Of a stretch of DNA of 39,596 nucleotides, positions 13,028 to 26,944 are shown piece after piece. The notes under the pieces are model-generated. The model was given only the letters and a program-made list of their open reading frames with translations, was not told the origin of the DNA and made no database searches. The stretch is from Octopus sinensis (Eukaryota): NCBI RefSeq assembly GCF_006345805.1, contig NW_021835521.1, forward strand, positions 1-39,596, read 5' to 3'. Position 1 is the stretch's first letter, and every line of letters starts with the position of its first letter. The translations under genes were made by a program, and so were the position numbers.

Positions 13028-13422
13028 GAAGGCGAAGAGGTTTCAAGAAAGTAAATGAAAGGAAGGTTCGTTTTGAAGGGACAGAGGTAAGGAGCAGCAT
13101 GAAGAAGGATTTGTGGGACCAGTTGTGTCGGGGGAGGTGGAGATGGCTGCGGTGTTATTGTTTTTTAGTTGTCGTTATTAGTGGCTGTGGGGGGGGGGTT
13201 GACTTCATAGAGACTAATAGAAGCGGAAAGGAGGAAACCGGTAATGGTGTCTAGATGATGTGGGAGGCTTGCAAGAGGGAAGTTAATTCAATGGAAATAT
13301 ATGCACACTCACACACGCACACACACACACAATATATATATATATATATATATATGTCGTAGGAATTAAATGCCTTATATGAATCATCAGTAAAATGGTA
13401 GTTATGAAGAAAGCTTGCAGAG

Positions 13423-13477
<55 letters not shown>

Positions 13478-13779
13478 AGAGAGAGAGAGACATGAAGGCG
13501 AAGAGGTTTCAAGAAAGTAAATGAAAGGAAGGTTCGTTTTGAAGGGACAGAGGTAAGAGCAGCATGAAGAAGGATTTGTGGGACCAGTTGTGTCGGGGGG
13601 GGGGGAGGTGGAGATGGCTGCGGTGTTATTGTTTTAGTTGTCGTATTGGTGGCTGTGGGGGGGGGGTTGACTTCATAGAGACTATAGAAGCGGAAAGGAG
13701 GAAACCGGTAATGGTGTCTAGATGATGTGGGAGGCTTGCAAGAGGGAAGTTAATTCAATGGAAATATATGCACACTCAC

Positions 13780-13814
<35 letters not shown>
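12866..13814. repeat. Near-identical 465-bp tandem duplication bounded by (CA)n
   Basis: gtcgtaggaattaaatgcc... starts at 12891 and again at 13356. The copies differ mostly by 1-nt indels and microsatellite lengths. Confidence 0.95.
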
Positions 13815-13818
<4 letters not shown>

Positions 13819-13896
13819 CTCTCTCTCTCTCAGGCACACATACACACGCACACATAGATACCTTATGCGTGGTGACATACATACATGTATGTGTGT

Positions 13897-13927
<31 letters not shown>

Positions 13928-14090
13928 GGATGAATGAATTATCCTTTGTTTACCGTTAACATGGAAAATTCAATAAACAGTTACCAGGGTAGCAAAATTC
14001 ACGCAAGTAACAAGGGTGTAGCGACCTATTCAAAGGTAGAAACTCCGGGTTAATGTGCAGTAATTTGTATAGTATAAGTATAGTATAAGT

Positions 14091-14168
14091 ATGAGAAGAT
14101 TGCATTATTTTACACCGTTTATTCCTTTGGAATAAAACCAATGTTGTCTTCGAAACATATGTCGAAAG
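14091..14168 (+). ncRNA. Partial hammerhead ribozyme motif (5' core lost)
   Basis: ATGA GAAGA ... TCTTC GAAA CATATG TC gaaag: 5-bp stem II, GAAA, palindromic stem III and a GUC triplet. The CUG and the stem I 5' strand are replaced by a gtatagtataa duplication. Confidence 0.45.
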
Positions 14169-14211
14169 TAAAAGAATTTGAATAACATCTGCGTTCAACT
14201 CCATTTATTTA

Positions 14212-14286
<75 letters not shown>

Positions 14287-14551
14287 GTCAATTCGAAGAT
14301 GTCAAATCCTTATTTGAGATCAGATAATCCATAGATTTCGCTGGTTAATTACATCATATACGGAGAAAGTCTCGGCGATTGTTAGGGATTATTGTAGTAA
14401 CACAGTGTTAATAATGAAAGAAAGATGGAGAATCATGGATGTACAATTAATTTATTTGTACGATATTATGTCGTTGAAAGTTTTTTTATAGAAACAATAT
14501 AAATAAATTATGAATTATAAAGCTAAAAAAAAAAAGAAATGGCGGATGCCA

Positions 14552-14677
14552 AAAACCTACATATATGTTTCGGTTCATGGCCCTAGGTAATTAGTAATTC
14601 TAAGCATTTGGGTAGGGTCATATGCTAAGTATTGGTCATCGTTTTCAACTAGTGGGAAAGAATCTCATCAGGGTTTT
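14552..14677 (-). ncRNA. Type I hammerhead ribozyme with long stem II
   Basis: Minus strand: AAAACC CTGATGA GATTC [~83 nt] GAACC GAAA CATATATG TA GGTTTT. Stem I has 6 bp, the core is canonical, stem III is the palindrome ACATATATGT and the triplet is GUA. Stem II has one A.C mismatch. Confidence 0.7.
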
Positions 14678-14852
14678 ATGAGCTTATACTACAAAGGTGA
14701 ACATATTTCTTGAAATGATGCAGACGAAGTATATATAATTGAAATTCACACATACACGCACATATATACATACATACATACATACATACATACATACATA
14801 CATACATACATACATACATACATACATACACATATATATGTGTGCGTGTGCG

Positions 14853-15188
14853 TGTATAGTTAGCACAATCAGTAAGTTGTCATAATAGACGCTATGAAAA
14901 ACCGTTGAATAAAAGGGAAATTACTCTAATAGGTAGAAAAAAATGATAAAAGAGAAAAAATACACGCAGCCATATTCTCACAATACATAGGTTTTATGGG
15001 TATGCATTGTGAGAATATGGTTGCGTGTGTTTCTTATCTTTTATAATTTTTTCTACCTATTATAACTTCCCTTTTATTCAACGGTTTTTCATAGCGTCTG
15101 TTGACATTGATAGCCGACGAGAATGCATCATAGCTCTTCGCTCCGGCATTTGAAACTCCGAGCACTTACTGATTGTCCTAACTATACA
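14853..15188. mobile_element. Foldback element: inverted pair of Penelope pLTR-like (or MITE-like) arms
   Basis: Outer 25-bp inverted repeat at 14853-14877 / 15164-15188 (1 mismatch) and inner ~100-bp inverted arms at 14887-14990 / 15001-15099. The right arm has an extra ~57-nt HHR-like segment. Confidence 0.75.
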
Positions 15189-15245
15189 TATATAAATAAT
15201 CTCATATTTACCTAGTATCGAGGTCTCATTCTTTTGCTGTTACTT

Positions 15246-15593
15246 TTATTATTATTATTGAGTGAGAGAGCAGTGCATGCCATCAAAGTGACACTGGGGT
15301 AAAATATACAAAGCCCAATATACCCATCATGACTACCCGTCTGATAAAGGTACACCAGGCACATGCATCACAACCATATGTGTGCGACATGGTGATCTCA
15401 TATCAAGATAAACAGCACATGATCTTGCAGGTGGGGCCCAGTTAGAATTTTCTTCAGGTTGAGTAGCCCATCCCGCTCAAAAGGTCCCTGAATAAGGGTT
15501 GTTTAAGGATGTTGAAAGAACCACCCATGTTTCCAGAGGTGAATTATTCAAACCCCAAAGAATCCCTCTCAACACATGGCTATGATGCTCCCC
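15246..15593 (-). mobile_element. Octopus SINE-like interspersed repeat with (AAT)n tail
   Basis: Minus strand runs from ggggagcatcatagccatgtgttgagagg to gcactgctctctcactc, then (AAT)4. Recognised from memory as a common octopus repeat; family name not confirmed. Confidence 0.6.
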
Positions 15594-15603
15594 ATTATTA
15601 TTA

Positions 15604-15661
<58 letters not shown>

Positions 15662-15665
<4 letters not shown>

Positions 15666-16200
15666 GGTGGTTGTCTAATCCTTATGCAGAGTCTGACCAC
15701 CTCTTGTACCTACACCTTCGATCCATCACGGCATCTGATATGGGTTTTTGAAAAGGCACCCACATAGATTGCATATGCAATTTAGGTCACCAAGAGCTGC
15801 AGTTAAGTTCTGATCTTTGTAGAACTTAATATTTCTTTTGCGGCCTCTCTTAGATTTGCAGACCTTATGGCATACACGGCATTGACAGGTGTGCACAGAT
15901 AAATAAGCAGAGTAGTTGGTGGAGGTTCGTTTTGTCATGGGTCCTCAAATGAGATTTGAAGCCAACAAAAGAAAGGCATGGTCTATCACAAATGGTCGCT
16001 GAGATTCACCTTCTCGTTGATCGCAACATTCTTCTTTTGAGTCTTGCATGGGTCATCCTGGTCTCTTCAAAAGCTTTACTCCACTTTTGTTCGCCATCCA
16101 GCTCGATCCGAAGCAACGGTTTCTATGGCCTTTGGATACATTCTAAGTGACTTCATGCTTGTCGTAAAAGATAACAAGTCTTTTACGATAACATGGTGGA
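15662..16200 (-). mobile_element. RTE-clade LINE 3' end with C-terminal zinc-finger motifs and (TAA)n tail
   Basis: ETVASDRAGWRTKV..FEETRMTHARLKRR...CDRPCLSFVGFKSHLRTH...CRVCHKVCKSKRG...CNLCGCLFK is typical of RTE C-termini (DR..WR; C..C.S..GL.SH.RTH). The tail is the (TTA)n array at 15594-15660. Confidence 0.75.
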
Positions 16201-16491
16201 CCAAGTCAGTTTAAGCTTCCCTACTACTATAATGTAAACTTTTTTGAACTTATAATATTCTGTGCGTGTATGTATATACAGATACAATACCAATATTCCA
16301 CTGAACTTTTTAATAATTCCTTCTGGAAACTATCTTTAACATTTTCTTGAGAATGTATCTATATGCTGTAATCTTTTGTGCTCAATATTTTAATGAACTT
16401 GTTCTTAACATGTTCTTGTGACCAAAGAATGTATATATGTATTGTAGTATTTTGTGACAACCAATAATTAACACAACCAAACTTTTACATG

Positions 16492-16536
16492 TTACTTTTA
16501 ACAATCTTTTTCTAAAAAGTGAAACCGGTAAAGTAA
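16492..16536 (+). ncRNA. Hammerhead-like motif with U3/A8 variant core
   Basis: TTACTT TTAACAA t CTTTTT ct AAAAAG t GAAA CCGG TA AAGTAA, followed by AATAAA. Spacing is exactly type I HHR with 6-bp stem I, 6-bp stem II and palindromic stem III; the core is non-canonical. Confidence 0.55.
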
Positions 16537-16615
16537 ATAAACATCTTTTAAAATTGCATTTTCAAACCTTCTTTCATATATAATTCAACTCGTGCGGTAC
16601 CTTACAACTCCACTT

Positions 16616-16658
<43 letters not shown>

Positions 16659-18244
16659 AGCATTTACATATATACATATTGCCTAATATGTCTGGTTATA
16701 TCAGCCCATTATGGATATTCCGAAACAACTGTAAAGATAAAACTTCATTACATCATGTAATTTTCATATGCTATTTTTCATATAACTACATTCCATACTG
16801 TCTTTGTCTATCTTTCTCTATGTCTTTCTCTGTCTCTCAGTCTTTTTGTCTCTCTGTCTCTCTATTATATGATACACACACACACGCACATACATATCAT
16901 ATCGTGTGTGTATGTGTACGTATATGTACATATATGTATGCTTATATGAAAATGTGTTTTGTATGTATGTATCTACGTATGTACGTATGTGTAGAGAAAC
17001 GTACAGTGGAAAAGATGGGAAATGACGTGGAGTGGGATTGGAGGGTAGCAAGATGAAGGGGGTGGGGGTGATGAATGTGGAATGGAATAACAGACGAAAT
17101 AGAAAAGAGGGATGTCGGTGGGGATGCTGGTGATGGAAGAAAAAGAAAGAAAGGTGTAAGGAGGGGGAACAGCAGTGACAATAGTGGGGCGGGTACGGTG
17201 AGGTTGGGCTAGAGGGATATAAGTGCGTGTGTGTCTGGGGGTGGGGGTGGGGTTGAGCGTCGAAAAGAAAATATGATTGAAATATAGCAGAAAAAGATAA
17301 ACAAACTTGAAATTGAAAAGAGAGAGAAAAGAGAAAAATAAGAAAAAAAGATACGAAAAACTAAGCTGGGGATAATTGTTATTAAAACTGTAGAATAATG
17401 TCGTCATCTTTACATCGCATCTATTCCTCCTCCTCCGCATCATCATCATCATCATCGTTATTCTTTTCCTCCTCCTCCTCACACTCTGCTCTCACTTTTT
17501 CATACACTACCCCCTACCCTCTATCTACTCTCACTATTGCCCCCCTCTCTTTTCTTCTACCCTCTCTATCTTGTCTCTGTCTCTCTCCCTTTTTCCATCT
17601 TCTATCCTCTCTCTCTTTTCTTTACACGCTTCCTCTTTCTTTATCTTTTCTCTTCTCTCATCTCTCTCCACCTCTCCTTCACATACCTCTCACTTCTCTC
17701 CGTCCTCTACCCCCCTCTCATGTGCATAACCGTCTCTCCATCTCTCCTTGTATATATCTTTATCCTTTCTCTTTCCCACTCTACCCTCCTCCCCATCTGA
17801 ATGGGGGAAAAACTGCAAACTAAGCACAAAAAAAATGTTCTTCACGTTGTTCTTTAGCCCCAGGTCACTTTAATCTAGTTGGCCTATGTTCAAGGGCATT
17901 CCAACCGTGACCACCCTGTAAGTTAAGTACTATCTATTACTAAATTAGAAAGGCTGTGAAGGGCTGAAACGAGGGAGATTCGGTTACAGTTTCTATAAGG
18001 TCGTTGGTTCGTAGCGATGTAATATGATGATGATGATGGTGGTGGTTTTGGTGGAGAAGTTGGTTGTAGTGGTGGTGGTGGTGGTGTTAGAGGCTTTGAT
18101 GTTTGGCATTGGTGTTGATGGTTGTGGAAGATCAGCGAAGAAAGAAGAAAATAGAAAAGAAGAAAAAGAAGAAAACGAGATAGAAGGAACAATAAGAAAT
18201 GGGATAATGATGATGATGATGATGAAAATAATAATGGTTTCACA

Positions 18245-18966
18245 TTGTACCACAAGGGCAGTAATTTGGGGGAGGGGATGAGACGATTACATCGACCCCA
18301 GTGTTTCACTGATACTTATTTTATCGACCCCGAAAGGATGAAAGAGAAAGTCGACATCGGCAGAATTTGAACTCGGAACATAGTGACAGGCGAATTGCCG
18401 CTAAGCATTTCGTTCTGCGCGTTAACGATTCTGCCAGCTCGCCGCTTTAATAATAATATTAATTTTTTTATTGCCCACAGCGAGGCTAAACACAGAGGGG
18501 ACAAATAAGGACAGACAAAGGGATTAAGCCGATTACATCGACCCCAGTGCGTAACTGGTACTTATTTAATCGACCCCGAAAGGATGAAAGGCAAAGTCGA
18601 CCTCGGCGGAATTTGAACTTAGAACGTAATGGCAGGTGTGCCAACGATTCTGCCAACCCCTCGACTTAATAATAATATTAGCGCAGGTTGCTATCGACTC
18701 TCACAGAATCAACAGAGCAAATAAGACTGGGAGCTCTGAGAAGTAAAAGAATAATAATAGTAATAATGATTTCAAATTTTGGCACAAGGCCAGCAATTTC
18801 AGGAGAATGGGTAAGTCGATTAGACCAACCCCAGTACTCAAATGGTACTTATTTTATCGACTGCGAAAGGATGAAGGGCAAAGTTGACCCCGGCAGAATT
18901 TGAACTCAGAACATACAGACGAAATGCCGCTAAGCATTTTGCCCGGCGTTCTAACGGCTCTGCCAG
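18245..18966 (-). mobile_element. Three tandem copies of the major octopus tRNA-derived SINE (about 18245-18447, 18466-18660, 18772-18966)
   Basis: Each has a head ggcgagctggcagaatcgttaac-like, B box gagttcaaattc and core cgactttgcctttcatcctttcggggtcgataaa..aagtaccag. The 3' tails differ, and short (TAA)n tracts separate the copies. Confidence 0.85.
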
Positions 18967-18968
18967 CA

Positions 18969-19170
<202 letters not shown>

Positions 19171-19348
19171 GATATCTTTATTATTGTGAGGTCACATGGC
19201 TTAACGGTTAGGGTGTTGCACTCATATGTTTTTATCATGCCAATGCTCCAACTATTACTGGTATTGTTTTCACTTTCATACCCCACATCTTGAATACTTC
19301 CATTTTGAGGTATTTTATTTTGATAATTTCTCCATTTCTTTTTGGACA

Positions 19349-22198
<2,850 letters not shown>

Positions 22199-22244
22199 CA
22201 TTTTATTAGTATTATTATTATTATTATCATCATTATCATTATTA

Positions 22245-22300
<56 letters not shown>

Positions 22301-22307
22301 TATTATG

Positions 22308-22366
<59 letters not shown>

Positions 22367-22384
22367 CATCATCAATAATAATAA

Positions 22385-22860
22385 CGCTTTGTCACAAATG
22401 TTGACAAAAAACTCGAGCGCGGTGCAGGACAATACTGTGTGAGATTACATAAAACCATAAAAAACAAGGGAAAATAAAAATTCAGACAAGAAACTATTTT
22501 CCTAAAGAGGGCAGACTTCAGATTGCCAGTCGTGAAAACCTCCTCCTAAAAGAAGTGTCCTCTCCCAGCTGCCTCGATCCAATCTATTGGCGCATGCTCA
22601 GAGCAGGCTCGCTCATGTAGGCCATACTCCCCATTCTCATTCATCTTTCAAAAAATTTTTCTTCGATCCCCACTTGCCTCTCTATCATCACTTTACCAAG
22701 TGAAACTTAAGAATACCGAAGGTGATGAGAACTTGGTAAAGAAAAAACGTATCTTTCTTCAGGGCTTTCAAACTGGTTGTCTACACAGCCTCTTTCGCCA
22801 AAGTCACCAAACTGTCCGACCTTTTCAGCCAAAAGAAAGTGGCAGGACAAGGGATCTGCG
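22385..22860 (-). mobile_element. Decayed 5'-truncated Tx1/L1-clade LINE 3' end
   Basis: gtgactttggcgaaagaggctgtgtagacaaccagtttgaaagccctgaagaaagatacg aligns with the copy at 1468-2118 (gtggctgtggcgaaagaggttgtatggtggacccgtttgaaagggctaaagtcagacact). It ends in a (TTA)3-4 tail on its own strand. Confidence 0.65.
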
Positions 22861-23149
22861 CAGCTGAAGAAACATTAGATTAAAAATACGGTGCAAATAT
22901 CATTTATAACGTTTACATAGATATAGAACGGTGCTAGGTGTTGGACTTTATCTTAGAATAACTTCTGCTTAGAGATATTGTGAATTAAAATTCTAACTAA
23001 TGTTGTATCATGAGCATATATTGATTAGACATGATCCTGGCCAACTTCCGCACAAATAAAAACAATGTTTACATTTTTAATATTCTTTAAATTCTTAAAA
23101 TGTTTTAGCTTTGAAGCTGCAGTCATGCTGGGGCACCACAGTTACGAAT

Positions 23150-23575
23150 AAACATGAATAAACAAACTTTATTAATCACAATTTAATAATAAGACAACAA
23201 AGAAACGGAAAAGGAAAAAAAGTGTGGTGGGGATGGAGCAACAGAAAACAGATGTGGGGTGGCGGGCACCGGGCCGCAGACACCAGAAAAAATGGCGTGT
23301 TCATCCGTGCCTCGCGGTCATGACCGAGATGGCGTGCCGTGATGAGTGGCCAGCAATACGCGCTGCAGTAGCCACCCCACTTCACGGTGCTCATTTCCCA
23401 GACAGGTTGCAGTATCCTGCTTTTGCGGAGGATATCGGTAGTGCGGGGTCTGAGAATACTCGAAATCTCGACAGCGACCGGCACAAGCTGATGGCAGCTG
23501 GTCAGGCCTCTGTATTTATTTATGTATGCTGTGTCTGCTGACTCCGACTGACGGGAGGTACCCGGCATTGAGGAG
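23150..23575 (-). mobile_element. CRE-clade LINE 3' fragment (restriction-like endonuclease C-terminus)
   Basis: ESADTAYINKYRGLTSCHQLVPVAVE...TTDILRK, then after a frameshift WLLQRVLLATHHG, matching the CRE pattern K..KY....F.P.AVET.G...WL.QR.S.A.QRGNA. AATAAA lies near 23165-23170 on the minus strand. Confidence 0.65.
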
Positions 23576-24110
23576 GTAAAATTAAACCGAAACACTGGTG
23601 GCTTACGGTTCTGACGTTATTTGAAGCTTGTTGCATTTTTTGATACAAAGAGAAGTTTGTCTCATGTAAAAAGCTATACCTAGCGCCGATCAACATTTGT
23701 GCGATTATAAATCACACACACACAGACACACAAACAGACGCACACACACACAAACATATACGCGTACAAATGCACACACAAACACATACACAAAAAACAC
23801 GCACATATTTAATTTAACATCAGATATATTGTTTCTAGGAGACATCATCTTATTCCACTCTCCTCTCTCTCTCTCTCCCCTCTCTCTCTTCTGTGCTTTC
23901 CATATATCACCTCCACCATCACCGCCCCTACCGTCTCCGCCTCATACACCAAAAACCTCCCTCACTCCCTTTATTCTAGTTATCTTGTCCTTTTGCATAT
24001 CGCATCTCTTTCTCTCTCTCACTCTTCTCTCTTTACACCACACGCACACGCACACACGTATTTGACTCTCTTCCCCCCCTCTCTCTCTCTATCTCCATAC
24101 ATACATGCGT

Positions 24111-24159
<49 letters not shown>

Positions 24160-24295
24160 ATATTATATATATATATAGATATATATATAATAGATGATAG
24201 ACTGACTTTGCTCCATCTCTCCCCAAAACGCCACCAGACCACAATTTTCTCTCTCGCTCTCACTCAATCTGTCTGTCTGTCTGTCTTTGTCTCTG

Positions 24296-24327
<32 letters not shown>

Positions 24328-24859
24328 CTCGATCCTGTGTCTGTCCCTCTAACTCGCTCTGTCCATTCACTTTCCTCCTCCACTCATTTGCCTGTCTACG
24401 TCTGTTTGCTTTTGCTGTCCCTGCATCTTTCAGCCTGTCCCCCAAATCTCTCGCTCTGTCTCGATCTCACCTTTTGTCCCCCCTCCTCCTCCTCCACAAA
24501 TCGTCTATCCCCTTTTTGTGTCTGTGCCACCCCCAAGCATCTGTCAGCTTCCCCCCCCAAATCTCTCTGTCGGCAACTCTCCTCCTCTTCCTCCTCCCTT
24601 TCAACCTCCATCTCCTCCTCTACCTCCGCCTCCTCCCCTTCATTTCCACTCCCTCCTCCACACACCTGCCCGTCTACGTTTGCCCCTGCCCTCACCTTCC
24701 CATTTGTTTCCCTGCCTCCCTCCCTCCCTGAACACTGTCTCCCTTACCCACACTGTGTCACTCTTATATAAGAACAACACCTGCGTAAACGGACGCCTGG
24801 CTCAGATTCTTCTTACCTGTACAGACAGTGTCTCAGAATACAACACTTCCAGGAACCAT

Positions 24860-25215
24860 GCCGCAAATATACACACATACACACATACAGACAGACATAC
24901 AGACATACATACAAACAGACATACAAACAGACATACATGCATACATGTATACATACATATATACATACATACATACATGTATACATACACACACATACAT
25001 ACATGCACACATACATAAATGCATACACACATACATATATACATGCATACATACAAACACACACATACATACATACATACGCACGCATACATACACACAT
25101 GCATACACACATACATACAGACATACATAAACACATAGATACATACATACACACATGCATACACGCACATACATATATACATGTACACATACATATATAC
25201 ATGCCTATATACATA
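24860..25215 (+). repeat. Degenerate (CATA)/(CA)n tract
   Basis: Direct reading. It explains the MYVC/HTYI ORFs. Confidence 0.9.
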
Positions 25216-25456
25216 CAATGCCTGCAAATTCAAATGTGTTGCTGGGGGGGGGGGCATGGAAATTTCGGCTGCGTGCATTAAGTGTGTGAGCGAGGGAACG
25301 TTTGAATGTGCATTCAGTTAAACGTCTGAGACGCATAGACGTATACACACTCATCCGTGTTATATATGTGTATATTTATATACACACATACATATGCATA
25401 CAAACATTTACATACATACCAACACGCTCTTACACAGTTATCTACATTTCTTTGAG

Positions 25457-25492
<36 letters not shown>

Positions 25493-25833
25493 GTAACCAG
25501 ACACTCACACCTGCTAAAGGTGCTAGCATTTCGTCAAAAATCTACAAGAAGATGAGAAATATGAGCATAGATTTTAAACATGGCGTACATATAGCTGTAT
25601 TGAGAGACAGAGAGAGGGTGGGAGAGAAAGGCTGCATGTCTGTATTATGTAAGTTTATAAACATGAGTGTGCCTCTGTGCATGTGTGTGTATATATATAT
25701 ATAAGTATATATAAGTATATATAAGTACCTATATATATATACCTATATACATATATATACGTATGTTTTTATACATATTTTTCTCTATATGGATGTGCTA
25801 TGTGCATCTTAGTATGCATACTTAAATTTGCCA

Positions 25834-25926
<93 letters not shown>

Positions 25927-25927
<1 letters not shown>

Positions 25928-26590
25928 TTTGATCATCCTTGTGGCTATGGCGAAAGAATGTGGACGCATCTGAAAGGATTGGAGACAAACACTTTCCTCT
26001 CTGGTCAACCTCTCATCAACTTCTTCAAGTACCACTTGAAAAGGAAAGTGAGAGTAGAGAGGTAAGTTTTGTCTAGCGAACGTTTAAAAAAAAGATGGGT
26101 GAATGTAGCAAGGATGGCACGTATGAATGACAAAGCCACCTTGAGAATAATCCTATGAACCCAGAAATTGAAAACAGAGGGTTACCCACTTGCAAACAAA
26201 TGCGGTAACATATAACAATATTGACCAAGGTTACCGTGGTCTTTTTCGTAGGCTTTTCTTCCCACGGATAAACCTTACTTGCTTTCCCCTTTACACCATA
26301 CATCATGACACTGTGATATACGATCCCTATTGATCGTTTTTTTCCTCTTCCCCTTTTTTCCTCTTTTTTCTTCTATTTTCATTTTTCTTTTCTTTTGTTT
26401 CTTTTCCCTTTTTTTCTTTTTTTTCTTCTTTCTTTTCCATTTTTCTTTTCTTTTTTGTTCTTTTTTTTGTTCTTTTTTCCCTTTTGATCGAAAACCTACG
26501 CCACCTTTTTTTTTTCTCTCCCAAAAGAAAAGCTCTACCTTGTAACTTGTCCCATCTGTGTGCAGCACTGTGTGGCCAATAAAGAAACTT
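25927..26590 (+). mobile_element. 5'-truncated Tx1/L1-clade LINE in a (CTAT)n array
   Basis: FLIILVAMAKEC..THLKGLETNTFLSGQPLINFFKYHLKRKVRVER*VLSS..KKRWVNVARMARMN is homologous to 1468-1845. It ends ctgtgtggccAATAAAgaaactt, then (ATCT)n; the 5' flank is (ATCT)n 25834-25926. Confidence 0.8.
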
Positions 26591-26601
26591 ATCTATCTAT
26601 C

Positions 26602-26765
26602 TTTTTTTTTCTTCAATTTTACCCCTCCCTTTTTTTGTCCTCTTTCTTTCCTTTTACGATCCCTTTTGATCGAAAACCAAACCCCCTTTTTTACCCCCAA
26701 AAGTAAAGCTCTACCTTGTAATTTGTCCTGTCTGTGTGCAACCCTGTGTGGCTAATAAAGAAACA

Positions 26766-26766
<1 letters not shown>
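26602..26766 (+). mobile_element. Second, diverged 3'-end copy of the same Tx1 family, with (ATCT)n tail 26767-26944
   Basis: cccttttgatcgaaaacc...caaaagtaaagctctaccttgtaatttgtcc..tctgtgtgcaaccctgtgtggctAATAAAgaaacat repeats 26478-26590 with many substitutions. Confidence 0.85.
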
Positions 26767-26825
<59 letters not shown>

Positions 26826-26875
26826 CATCTATCTATCTATCTATCTATCCATCTATCTATCTATCTATCTATCTA

Positions 26876-26944
<69 letters not shown>

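Noticed and set aside
17060-17260. G-tract-rich stretch as a possible G-quadruplex
   Set aside because: Part of generic purine-rich low-complexity sequence; nothing indicates function.
23564-23602. TTGAGGA-GGT/ACC-GAAA hammerhead-like motif on the plus strand
   Set aside because: It overlaps the antisense of CRE coding sequence, position 17 would be G, and stem I does not pair; likely chance.
24812-24819. Perfect minus-strand donor CAG|GTAAG
   Set aside because: No credible acceptor; upstream sequence is microsatellite.
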